Shown in pieces: positions 35,755-47,600 of a stretch of 50,948 nucleotides of DNA. Where the stretch lies: positions 282,234-333,181 of the forward strand of contig JBNGIO010006382.1 of the NCBI GenBank assembly GCA_049999805.1, given 5' to 3'. The number at the start of each line of letters is the position of its first letter. Position 1 is the stretch's first letter. The stretch is from Folioceros fuciformis (Eukaryota). A program made the translations under genes and the position numbers. The notes below the pieces were generated by a model. The model was given only the letters and a program-made list of their open reading frames with translations. It ran no database searches and was not told where the DNA came from.

Positions 35755-36487
35755 ATGGCTAATCTACATGGAGGACAACAATGGCAGCCTCGCCCTGCTG
35801 AGCGAGTTCCACAACAGAATCGCAGCCGGGGAGGTGCACAAGTAAACAGGCACAACGTGGCTGGAATTCTCCATCACCTCACCCAAGAATGGATGATTCA
35901 GACACAAGATCAACTTGTACTTGCGCTGGAATTAAGGGAGTCTTTCAATACTAATTGAAACCCTATTTCCTGACCAACGTCACCTTGCATTCATTCCTCC
36001 ACCTACAAATCCTAATCAACTCCTAGAAATACGTGTACAGCGTGCATTTGATGGAAATGGTCACCCTAGAGGTTTCCTAACCACACATGTCACACCACAC
36101 ACAAGTGTTACACAATTTATTGATAGGATTGAAGCCCATCAGCAGCATGTCGACAGGAGATTTCAAACAATCAGCTACAGGCTTGCTGCATCTAGTGTTG
36201 ATATGCGAGACATTGTAGAAAAGATAGAGCACCTGGATTTTAAACTACTTACCTTGTTGAAGCCTGCATTACTTGCAAACCCTGCAACCAGAGGCACTAC
36301 ATGTAAGAAAGCAAGCAAAACAGATAGGTTTCACATGTTTAATACTCCAAACTCGTGCCCATCTTGTTCTACATACGCATTCAATAGATGGGAAAGTAGG
36401 AAACAGAAAATTGAAAACAGAGTCAATATGCAAGCTGCTAACCTACCTCAGGCTGACAGACTTGCTGACCCTGCTGAACCCTTGTAG
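35755..36487 (+). pseudogene. Extra ORF upstream of gag in copia B (coiled-coil-like segment plus C-x9-H-x7-C-x2-C motif), one frameshift
   Basis: Frames 35755-35958 and 35936-36487; homologous to 44286-43811 in element A. Confidence 0.75.
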
Positions 36488-38833
36488 ATTTGCTGCAGTT
36501 AGTAGCTTACCCCTAGATGCGACAATAGCATCTTACCCCAACTCTTTCTGTCCAGAATCATCAGCCCTGTTGACCTGCACAGGATAGGTCAGACAGGTGC
36601 ATTAAACCAACAGTCATAAGATCCTAATTTTTAGGAAGGGCTAACGTTAGTCCTAGACATGGCTGACTCGAACAACTCGAGTATTGATGTATTCAAGGAA
36701 AAGGACAGATTTGGGGGATCAGACTACGACATATGGGTCATGCAAATGCGTGGAGCATTGCAACATAAGCAGCTTTGGAGAGTGGTGAAGGGTGAAGATA
36801 AATACCTTGCTACTGTATCTGCAGACTCTTCCCCTTAAGCTGCTGAAAAGAAGTTGCAGGATGCTTGGACACTCAAGGATGAGTCTGCTCAGTACATCAT
36901 CAAGAGTGGTCTAACCTCTGGCATGTTAAGACAAACTTCAGGTTGCAAAACTGTAGCTGAGATATGGTCCAGACTCAAGGATCTGTATGCAGGAGTTAAC
37001 ACAACAAGTCAGATGGCAGCAATCCGCAATCTTCAAAACTGCAAAATGAGAGATGGGGATACAATCGAGAAACACCTTAGATACTTTACATCTTTGGTGT
37101 CTAAGCTCGAGAGTGCAACACAGGAGCCGGTCTCTGAAGACATGCTCATATTGTATTTTGTAATGTCCCTACCAGACTCGTAGTCACACTTTGTGACATC
37201 TTATAATGCCTCACAACTTCAAGGAAAGAAGATTGCAAAGGCTGCAAATGTCGCATTGCCCCAAACAACATTTTCAGAGTTAGTGGGAGCTCTCCTCCAG
37301 GAGGAAGCTACAAGAGGATCAAACAAATGTGCTGGCAAGCAGCAGGCCTTATACACCAACAACAAAGGAAAGGGCGGGAAGCCCAACTTCAGAGATAAAC
37401 ACAATACCTCAGGTGCTAGCAGCTCTTAAAAGGCTACTACACAGAAGAAGCCCAAGAAGGCTGGAAAGTGTAACTGGTGCCAAATTCCAGGCCATTGGGA
37501 GAACAAGTGTCGTAAGAAGCAGGCCCGAGTACCTCGCAAGGAGGCGAACTCCCCTTCTCAGACACATGTTGTGGTGACAAAACAAGGCTCTCCTTCAGCC
37601 CTAATAGTAGGGAACAGGAAGTTTATTCACCCTCTTGCTAACCCCACTTGTCTATCAGCAAATACACAAGGCAAACCCATACAGGAGTGGTTCCTTGATA
37701 CAGGTGCACCAGCACACATTTGCTTTGATAGAAATGCATTCGTCACATACAGACTAGTTGAAGATCAGTTCGTTTACCTAGGTGACGATAGCTCACTTGT
37801 GTCTCTAGGTTGAGGCACAATAAAGCTTCCAGTTCCTTCAGGCATTACACTTCTCCTCACAGATGTGTATCATGTACCTAAAATGACAAGGAACGTAATC
37901 TCTATTAGGAAGTTGAACATGGATAATAATACTCATATCTTATTCACTCCAACAGAATGTAGGATTATAGATGCTTTTGATCATCGTAAAATCCTAGCTT
38001 ATGGGTCATCAGACCATGACCTCTTCAGGCTGCACACTCACCTTAGTCATGCCAAAGCCAATTTATCTTCCCAGTCGCCAGAGACAGCTGCAAAGCAGGA
38101 AGAAAAGGCTATGTTATGGCATAAATGCTTAGGTCACCCTCACAGTGCTAAGCTGCAGAAACTAGCAACTAGTGACCTGTACAACGATGGGAAAATTGGC
38201 AGTTTGCCACCCTTACCCCTCTGTGAAGCCTGTGTGCTGTCCAAACGCCATCAAGCAGCCTTCACGAACAAAGCACCTCACAGGGCCTCTGAAGTTCTTG
38301 AGCTCGTACACACTGACATATGTGGGCCTTTTTCGCAGCCCTCTATTGGTGGTGGCCGATATTTCCTCACATTCACAGACGACAAGACAAGATTTGTCAT
38401 TGCTTATATCCTTAAAGCAAAAATTGAATGCTTTTCCCTCTTCAAGGACTATCTGAAGCTTGCAGAAAGATGGACAGGGAAACAGTTGAAGACTCTGCGT
38501 TCTGACAATGGGGGGGAATTCACATCTAACGAGTTCCAAGCCTATTGCAGGAATGAGGGGATAGGAAGACAACTTACAGTTGTTTACACACCGCAACAGA
38601 ACGGTGTTGCTGAGCGCTTGAACCTGACTCTGCAAGAGATGATTTCATCCATGCTCCATCAAGCCTCCTTGCCACTATCCTAATGGGCTGAAGCCCTTAT
38701 GACAGCTGTGTATCTATGCAACAGGTTGCCTACAACTGCTGTAACAGGGCAAACTCCCTATAAAGCTTTCTATGGCAGAAAACCAGCTATTCTACGTCTT
38801 TGTACTTTCGGATGCATTGCTTATGCCTTCATC

Positions 38834-38952
38834 TACAAAAACAGGAGAAGCAATCTCACTTAGGAAAAATGATCACATGTATCAAACAAGCAAAANNNNN
38901 NNNNNAGTTGTTGACTAGCTGACGCTAGACTATTCCTAGGCTTCACTTTGCA
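38834..38952. mobile_element. Ends of a further nested insertion (LTR-like) spanning the assembly gap
   Basis: Begins TACAAA and ends TTTGCA; 5-bp TSD TCATC at 38829-33 and 38953-57; excision restores AFIPKAKRSKL. Confidence 0.8.
38896..38905. other. Assembly gap (10 N)
   Basis: Run of n bases. Confidence 1.
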
Positions 38953-41900
38953 TCATCCCTAAGGCCAAGAGATCCAAGTTAGTTGACAAAGCCCAAAAGC
39001 TCCTCATGCTAGGATACATTGAGGGAATCAAAGCCTACAAGCTTTGCAACGTACCTCAGAATAGGGTTATATATTCCCGTAGCGTTACTTTTGATGAAAG
39101 CCGGACTTGGCAGCAAGTGGGAGCTGTTCCCACCTTAGAGGAGGACTTTGACCTATCTGTCCTGCCAGACGTCACCATTTCAGGAGATTGCTCCTGTAGG
39201 GGGGGGAAGAACAATAGCAAAATGACGATCAGCAGGAACAGGCAGATGAACAGGAAGACAACAATGTTTTTGTTGATGATTTGCAGCAGCAACCTCCTCC
39301 AGAAAATGTAGAACCTGATCCAGACATACCTGACCCTGATCCTGATTTGGACGAGGACGAGAATGATCCTTCAGATCCTCCTGATAGCGATTCAGAAGGT
39401 GAACCTGATGCTCAGCCCTTGTTGCCTGAAAATCCACCACAGCCTGAGCGCCATTACCCTACAAGAGATAGATGGGCACCAAACTATTATTAGTCACAGG
39501 ACTTTAGAAGAGCAACTGCTAATGCTACCTACCTGGACCCCATTGAACCACAGTCCTATGAGGACAGGTATAAGGCACGACTCGTAGCTCGTGGTTTCTC
39601 ACAAGTACCTAGTCTGGATTACTTTGAAACATATGCTCTTGTGATGAAGCTGGCCACCTTTCGCACAATCTGTGCCCTGGCAGCACATCAGGACTATGAG
39701 TTAGACATGTTCGATGTTAAAACAGCGTTCTTACATGGCAAGCTAGATACGGAAATCTACATGCAGCAACCTGCAGGATATGAAGTGAAAGGCAAAGAAG
39801 CTCCGACAGCAGCTTATATGTCTGTAGATCTGGTGATGTGGTGTGCTATCTCGCAATATATGTCGATGACCTGATTTTATCCTGCAACAGCCCCACATTC
39901 ATTACCAAGATCAACAAGTTGCTGGCCACCAAATTTGAAATGACAAATCTTGGAGCCCTTCAGAGCTGTCTGGGAATCCTCATTCAGAGAGATAGGAAAA
40001 ACAGATCTATATCTCTCACACAGCCTAGATACCTGTTAGAATGTGCTGAACAGCTTGGCTTGAAGGATGCAAAGCCAGCAGCTACTCCATTACCTTCTGG
40101 ACTGAAGTTTAGCAGATCCATGTGTCCTGAAACGCAAAAGGACATAGATGAAATGAGATCTGTCCCTTACAGGAAGGGTGTTGGTAAACTAATCTATGCC
40201 GCTAATACAACCCGACCTGACGTTGCCTACACCACGAGTGTTCTTTCTCAATACCTCGAGAACCCTGGACAAACACATTGGACTGGTGTCAAGAGAGTGG
40301 TTAGGTTTCTTAAGGGGACATCAAACATAGGAATTCGGTTCAGACACATACCTGGTATGCCGCTTGAGCTTGATATCTATACTGACTCTGACTATGCAGG
40401 TGACATAGACACACGGAGGTCAGTATCTGGCTATGTTGTCATGGTGGCTGGTGGGCCTATATGCTGGTCAAGTAAAAAGCAACCTACAGTTGCAACCTCT
40501 AGCACAGAAGCTGAATATCGTGTACTGATAGCTGCCGCTAAAGAAATAGCCTGGTGCAAGCTAATGTTTAAGGAGCTGGGACTTCCTCTCCCTACTTGCA
40601 CAACCATTAGAACCGACAACCAAGGGTCTATGAATCTGGCCAAAAACCCTATTTTTCACTCCCATACTAAGCACGTGGAAGTGGAATACCATTTCATAAG
40701 GGATCTTATCAAATTAGGCCAAATTATGCTGGAATACGTACCAACAGCTAACAACCCGGCAGATTTGTTCACAAAGGCCCTCAGTAGGGACACTCACAAC
40801 AAGCATATGAAAAGTTTGGGCATGGGCAGCCACGAGGGCTACCCAGAGGCCACAAAAAACCAGTCCTAACCTAGCCTACAAGCTAGGTTCAGCCCTAATC
40901 GTTGCTGTCACAATCATCTAGGTCATCATTGTAGCCTGGTGAAAAGCTATAAAGAGATCTCCTACTTACAGATTCAGAGGAGTCCGAGATCTTCTCCCAT
41001 GAAGCGTAACTGTCAGATTTGGACGAGAAGAACTCTCCACCAGAGCGAGGGGAGTTCCTCTTCTTTCTCTCCTGGTATGAAACTCTCTCTTTCGTCTCTA
41101 GGCTCTGCTCCTCATCCAAGCGATCCTCGGATCCTGCAAGGAGCAGAGCAAGTGGGAGATATTAGCAAAGGCCAGAATACATGACTACAGACCTACAGGG
41201 GGCTTTAGGAAGTTAGTATAAACCAGAAATGGCAATAGATCATATCACCACAAGACAGGACTTACTGTAAATGCTGATCATATGGTCTTCAAAGTTTGGG
41301 CAATTATGGATGCGCACACGGACCATCTTAAGCCCAGTTGCATAGCACCTGTACCAGACAGGACTTCCAGGCAGCCGAGCAGAGCCGAGGGTTACAATTC
41401 TAGTCTTGGACATAAAACCTTTGGGCTCGGGAAACTTTGGAGGCACAGGAGGATGCAAATCGCATAGAGCATAGTGGAACTCACCACGTTCGCGCCTGCG
41501 TACATCAAACGCTGCTCTGGTGAAAGATTGGCTGTAGAGGCGTAGGACGGCAAGGTGGCGCTCCCATCCTCGTTGTGGGTGTTGGGGCCTCGGCCCCCTC
41601 AGCTGTGACAGGAGCAGCAGCTGCCCGACGTCGCTCCTCAACCACAGCTCTTGTTGTGCCTTTCGGCCTTCCCTTAGGGTGGACACCTCCAGCAGATGTT
41701 GCGGCACTGCCTGTTGCTTGTGCTCCAGCTATCTCTTTCCCAGCGCGTGACGAGGAGGCAGTCGTTCTAGCTGCAGGAGCAAACCTGCCTAGAGCATCCC
41801 TCTGGTAGACACGGCGCTTGGCAGGTGAAGACAGGTCTGCAGACTCAGAAGACGAAGACATCATGCCTAGGAGCTTTAGTCTACTCTCTAGGAATCGTGA

Positions 41901-42121
41901 CAGAATGAAGACCGGGACGTAAAAGCAAGCTATTATCCTTATGGCACACCTGTATGGAATCGCCTTCACATAGAGCTGTTCCATTACGCTCTTATGGGGG
42001 TTGGTTGCCTGAGGCTGCCAATCTGGTACACACACACAAACTTGATCTCAACAACAGCAGTCTCCACAAGACGCTCGCGGAGAAAAAGACTGTCCTGTAC
42101 GTAATGATCAACAAGTGGGAG

Positions 42122-42361
42122 TATTGAATAGGTGTTGATTCATTAGGGTTTGATATTACCTAGATATATGTGGTGTGTATGTAGATTTATTTTAGCTTAC
42201 CCTTTCATTAGGGTTACACCCCTTATGAAGAGTTATGTCTTTTCATTTTTAGATTAAGTCTAGCCTTTTTTGGTTATTCAATTAATTCATTCATATAAAA
42301 ACATATATATATAATGTAATTACCTAATGTAATTGATCTACACCATTTCCATATTTGGTCA
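42122..42361 (+). repeat. 3' LTR of copia element B
   Basis: Preceded by a purine tract and followed by the TSD; differs from the 5' LTR by 4 substitutions and 2 small indels. Confidence 0.95.
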
Positions 42362-44640
42362 CTTTCTAACTGAAATTAAATTTCTAGTCATGTCTGGCAC
42401 ATAATAACTGTCATGTAGTGTACTACACCTGACGGAACTAATAAGTCTGTTGTGCCACGACCAGGAGAAACTAGGGATATGCCATCTCCTAGGTAAATGT
42501 ATTGATCCTTAACTGACTGATATGTTTGAAAAGATCCTTTGTCAAAGCAAATGTGGGCTGTAGCACCTGTATCTAAGTACCAGTCTACAGCTTGGCTTAC
42601 CTTCAATTTTGTTGATAGGCAAGCAGGATGCAAGTAGGAACTTGCAAAGACTTTTGTACCTACAGTGAGGGCAGAGGGGGTAGGTTGTTTCTTAACAACC
42701 ACGTGGGTCTCAGCAACTGATGAACCCTTCTTGCGAGGAACACTAGCTTGCTTCTTTCTACACTTACGTTCCCAATGACCAGGTAACTTGCACCAATTAC
42801 AAGTTCCTGTTCTTTTGGGTTTCCTTTGGTTGGCTCCTTGTCCTTGTGAGCCACCACCTCTAGATGTACTGCCTCCACCTTTATTGTAGGGTTTTCCTCC
42901 CCCATGACCCCTATTGGATGTGTAGAGGGCTTGCTGTTTTCCATAACATTTAGTGGAACCCTTTGTTGCGTTTTCTTGGAGCAATGCTCCCATTAACTTT
43001 GCAAAGGTGGTTTCAGGAAGTGTAACATTTGCTGCCTTTGCCAGTTTTGAGGTTTGAAGATGTGAAGCATTAAAAGATGTCACGAAATGTGACCATGATT
43101 CTGGGAGATACAGAAGTATAAGGTTAACATGTCTTCTTTGACACTCTCATTTGAGGACCTCTCCAGTTTCGAGGCAAGTGTCCTGAAATGACCAAGGTGC
43201 TTCTCTACTGATTCTCCATCTTTCATCTTGCAATTCTGTAAATTACGCAAGGCTGTCAACTGACTTGTTGTGTTGCTGCCTGAATACAGATCTTGAAGTT
43301 GTGTCCAGATTTCTGCTGAGGTTTTACATCCGGATGTCTGCCTCAGCATATTTGAGGTTAAACCACTTCGGACTAGGAACATGGCAGCTTCATCCTTAGC
43401 CACCCATTCGTCCTGTTTCATCTTTTCATTACTGGTAGGTGTGGTGGTAGTAGCTGGGAAATCTTCATCACCAACAGCTATCTTCCAAAGCTTTTTATTT
43501 TGTAAAGCTCCACGCATTCTGATTACCCATATGTCGTAATCACACCCACCAAATTTGTCCTTTTCCCTAAACCCTTCCCCACCATAGCTAGATGAGGGAT
43601 CAGCCATTTTTCCTCTTTTGTATTCTGGGTTAGCTACTCCCAAAACATTAAGATGCTAAAAATGACTGACCTTTGTAGGTTTGTTTATCTGGACCTCAGG
43701 CACATGTATCTTCAGCAACAAAGTCAGAGAATGTTAGCAACAAGGTTAGACAACCTGTCATCTACAGGTATATTTGCTAACCCATGATGCTGTGCAATGT
43801 TCCCCATTCTCTAGTTTCTAATCTCCAACGTGTTGTACAAATATAATGCGCAGGAAGGACACAAATTTGGACTATTAAACGTATGAGCTCTACTTGTTTT
43901 CTTAGCGTGCTTACAGGCTGCTCCTCTGAATGCAGGATTAGCAAGCAAGGTAGGCTTCAACAAGGTTAGCAATTTAAAGTCCAAATGATCTATCTTTTCA
44001 ATTAGATCATGCAAGTCAAAAGTCATTGCAATTATCCTTTGTGAGATACTGTCAAAGTGCCTGTCAACTTGTTGCTGGTGTGCCTCAATCCTGTTTATTA
44101 ATTCGTCAACAGTAGGTGATTGAGAGAAATGAGAAGTTAGGAAACCTCTATGATTATAGTTTCTTTGTGGCAGTCGTTCTGCTGCAGCATTTCATGATGC
44201 TTGTGCAACGACTTCTGGCCCCCTGCGACGATTCTGGGGTGAATCCGCTTAGCAAGGCGATGCCAGCCATCCACTCGATCGGCCATTCATTTGGCAAGAT
44301 TTTTGTGTTGACACAATTCCTTTTTAAACATTCTGAATTATATATGAATTTCACTAATAATCTGACTATAGATTAGGTAGTTGTCCTAGCGCATTCCTAC
44401 TGGTTTTGCTCAGGTAGCAAATTGGGGGGATTCGTCGGGATCACTCCCTTAATCTAATAGAAATTATAAGTGCATCTATATAAACAATCAACACAAAATA
44501 TGTTCTTTATATTTTCTATGTCTTGATCAAGGAAATTCATCTCTAAATCAAAACAAACAAGAAAATTGTATAAATTCATTCTTTCAAATGCATTTTTAAA
44601 TGTGCATTCATTGCAACACAACTTGCATTCATGACCTATA
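42362..44640 (-). mobile_element. Ty1/copia element A, 5' part (5' UTR, extra ORF, gag, protease); LTR and PBS not seen
   Basis: gag ATG 43607 (MADPSSSY...KDKFGGCDYDIW), zinc knuckle CNWCKLPGHWERKC and protease WYLDTGAT; the reading frame RNLISVRK|LNADNN continues across the element-B insertion. Confidence 0.9.
43811..44286 (-). pseudogene. Extra ORF upstream of gag in copia A (homologue of 35755-36487)
   Basis: RGFLTSH, RIEAHQQQVDRHF, LIEKIDHLDFKLLTLLKP and CKHAKKTSRAHTFNSPNLCPSC; internal deletion and frameshift relative to B. Confidence 0.75.
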
Positions 44641-44649
44641 AACGTTGCC

Positions 44650-47600
44650 CTAGACAAAGAAACTTCGTCGTCGGGCTTCGTTCTTCGGCCTTCAGTCTTC
44701 GCGACACCGCCAGTCTTCACGCCGCTCATCGCCATGCCTGCTGCTCTCCGGATCGGAGCTGGTTATCCACCGCAAGCTTTTCCCTAAGGCTCTCAAGCCA
44801 AGTGCAGCTGCATGCTCATAGTGTTTTACGCGTCCTAGGGCCTTGGTCAAGATGTCCACTGTCATTCTCTCAGTTGGGCAATAGACAACCTGGATAATTC
44901 CTGCTGTGGCCATCTCTCGGACGAATCTATGCTGGATTTTGATATGTTTGGTGCGGGCGTGAAACCTGGGATTCATAGTGAGTGCTATCGCACTCTGATT
45001 GTCACAGAATAGCATGATTGGGAGCTGTTGTTCGAAGCCGAGCTCGCGCAATGCTCCCACTGTCCACACAACCTCCTTGGTTGCTCTTGTAAGACTTTTA
45101 AACTCTGCCTCTGTGCTAGATAGAGCTATGGTGGTTTGTTTCTTACTGCTCCATCCTACTGCAGCGCTTGCCAAAAGAGTAACGTAGCTGGAGACGCTGT
45201 GACGGTCATCTGGGTCCCTAGCCTAGTCGGCGTTGCTGTATGCCACAAGGGTGAGTGGCTTCTCTGCCTTGGAAGTGCCTTGTCGTCATAATCAATGCCA
45301 AGTATTTGTGAATACCCCTTTGCTACAACTCTACCCTTGTATCGCTCGACACTTCCGTCTGCCTTCAATTTTATTTTGAATACCCATTTACAGCCGACTG
45401 CTTTGCAGCCTACTAGCAGGCTGGTTAATGTCCATGTGTTGTTTTCATGCAAGGACGGAAGCTCCGAGTTTATTGCAACCTTCCACAAGTCTGCATCTGG
45501 GCAGGACATAGCCTCCGCATAAGACTGAGGCTCATATAGTTGTGCATTTGCAGCAAGACAATAAGTCAGATGTAACTTTGGATGTCTAAAGTCCTCTGGT
45601 TTGTAGTATTCAGGTTGCCTATGTGTTCTAGTCGATTGGCGAGGTGCCAAGTGTGCGTGCTTGTCCCTTCTTCTTTGCTGTGGCCAGGTTGGAGATACAT
45701 TAGGATTTGATAGGGCATGATCATGTGTAAACCCTAGATCAAACTTGACATGTTGTACTTGAGGTGAGTCAAACAAACTCCTGTTGCTCACTGCTCTTCC
45801 TGGCGTCTTTAGTGGTGTCTGAACACGTGGCGTTGCAGGTACTGGGCCCTAAATAGGTGCAGGTGCTGGTGGCATGACTGGTGCAGCTCCAGTTGCTGCA
45901 GACTGTCCAGGTGGTGCTGACTGTCCAGGTGGTGGCAAAGGCACTCTCACATTGCCTACCAATACTTCGTCCAGGCCATAGTCAGAATCTTCATCTGAGG
46001 AGTCCTCAAAATGATTACTTGAAGCTCCCACTTGCTCACTGAACTCGACGCCTTCCACAAACACTACATCTCGTGAGTGTATGACCTTCCTCGTTTGCTT
46101 GTCCAGAAGCTTGTAGCCCTTAATGCCATCTGTGAACCCAACGAATATACATGGCCTAGACTTGGGCTCAAATTTCTTACGGATGTCCTTGTGTATCTGG
46201 GCATATGGAGGTGATCCGAACACACGCACATGAGCTAAGTTTGGTCTCCTTCCCGTCCATAGTTCATAGGGCGTGGTGCCCGGAACAGCTGCATGTGGAA
46301 TCCGGTTCTGAATATAGTTTGCATAGGCTACAGCTTCAGCCCAGAAAGACTTCGGTAATTTTGCATGCTGTAGCATGCTGGAAGCGGAGGTCTGTAGGCT
46401 CCAATTTTTGTTCTCTACAATGCCATTCTACTGGGGAGTGTGAGGATTTATTAGCTGTCTCAATATGCCTTGGCCTTTGAGAATGCCTGAAATTCACCCG
46501 AAGTGTACTCCCCGCCATTATCCGATCTCAAGGCCTTCAGTTTGCGGCCAGTTTGTAGCTCAGCCTAGCGCAGAAACTCCAGAAAGCATTTGAATGTCTC
46601 TAACTTGTACAGGAGAAAGTACACCACGCAAAAGCATATATAATCATCAATGAAGGTGATGCAATACTCCTTTCCGCCTATGGACTTGGGAAGTGGCCCA
46701 AACAAGTCGGTATGCACCAGTTCGAGTGTTGCTTATGCTCTCATTGGGAAGTCAGTCGGAAAAGAATGCTTCTTGTGCTTGCCGAGGATGCAAGCCTCAC
46801 AAACCCCAAAGTCTTGCAAGGGGTCCGAGGAAATGCCTTCTACCAACTTCGCCTTCTGCATTTGTACAAGCTTCTTATAGTTGACATGGCCAAGGCATAG
46901 GTGCCAGAGATATGCTGGTGAAGGTTGAGCATAGGATTTGCTAACAGCATTTGCCTTGGCTTCTTGCATATCAAGGTGATACAGGTCGTCGTCCTCCAGT
47001 CGTCCAGTGGCAAGCAAGGTGCCAGCTCTAGACTCCACAACACACTTCCCTCCGCCAAAGCACACAAAACAACCTGATTCATCAACCTTCCTTACAGAGA
47101 CCAGGTTTTTGGTCAGTCCAGGTACGTAGAGTACATCATGAATTGCGAGATGTTGTGAGGGCTTGAGGTCTAATTGTATAGTACCTTGCCCTTCAATTTT
47201 GTGCCGGGTATCATCCTCGAGGCACACAAACTCCATAGGGGAGCTCTCTCGCATGTCAACAAAATAGGAAGGATCAAGTGTCATGTGTTGGGAAGCGACA
47301 CTGTCTATGTACCAGGTGTTCTCCTGTTGGTTAGCATAGCAAGTAACCACATTGCATTGTGAGTCCTTAGATAAATGAGTAGGACTTGTGGTATCACCTG
47401 GGGCACAGCTTGTGAGAAAGGCTCTGCTGTACTTGTTCATAGTTACAGCTAGGTGTCCAGAATGGCTGCTGCCTTCGCCTGCAAGGCGTTTCCTACATGT
47501 TTCCCAGGTGTGATTAGTCATTCCGCAATGACCACGTGGCGGCCGACCTTTGGGGTTGTTGTACAGTTGAGGTCTCGCTCCTCCTCGACCACCACGGCCA

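Larger units (their letters stand above)
36659..40869 (+). pseudogene. gag-pol polyprotein of copia B (stops, two RT deletions, one insertion)
   Basis: MADSNNSS...DRFGGSDYDIW; CNWCQIPGHWENKC; WFLDTGA; LVHTDICGP; YVDD; YTDSDYAGD; SSTEAEY; HTKHVEVEYHF; ADLFTKAL. Confidence 0.93.
35166..42361 (+). mobile_element. Ty1/copia element B, full-length with both LTRs, nested in element A in opposite orientation
   Basis: LTRs 35166-35394 and 42122-42361; 5-bp TSD CTTTC (35161-65 and 42362-66); PBS TGGTATTAGAGCC (tRNA-iMet type) from 35395; PPT-like AAGTGGGAG at 42113-21; gag-PR-INT-RT-RH order at 36659-40869. Confidence 0.96.
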
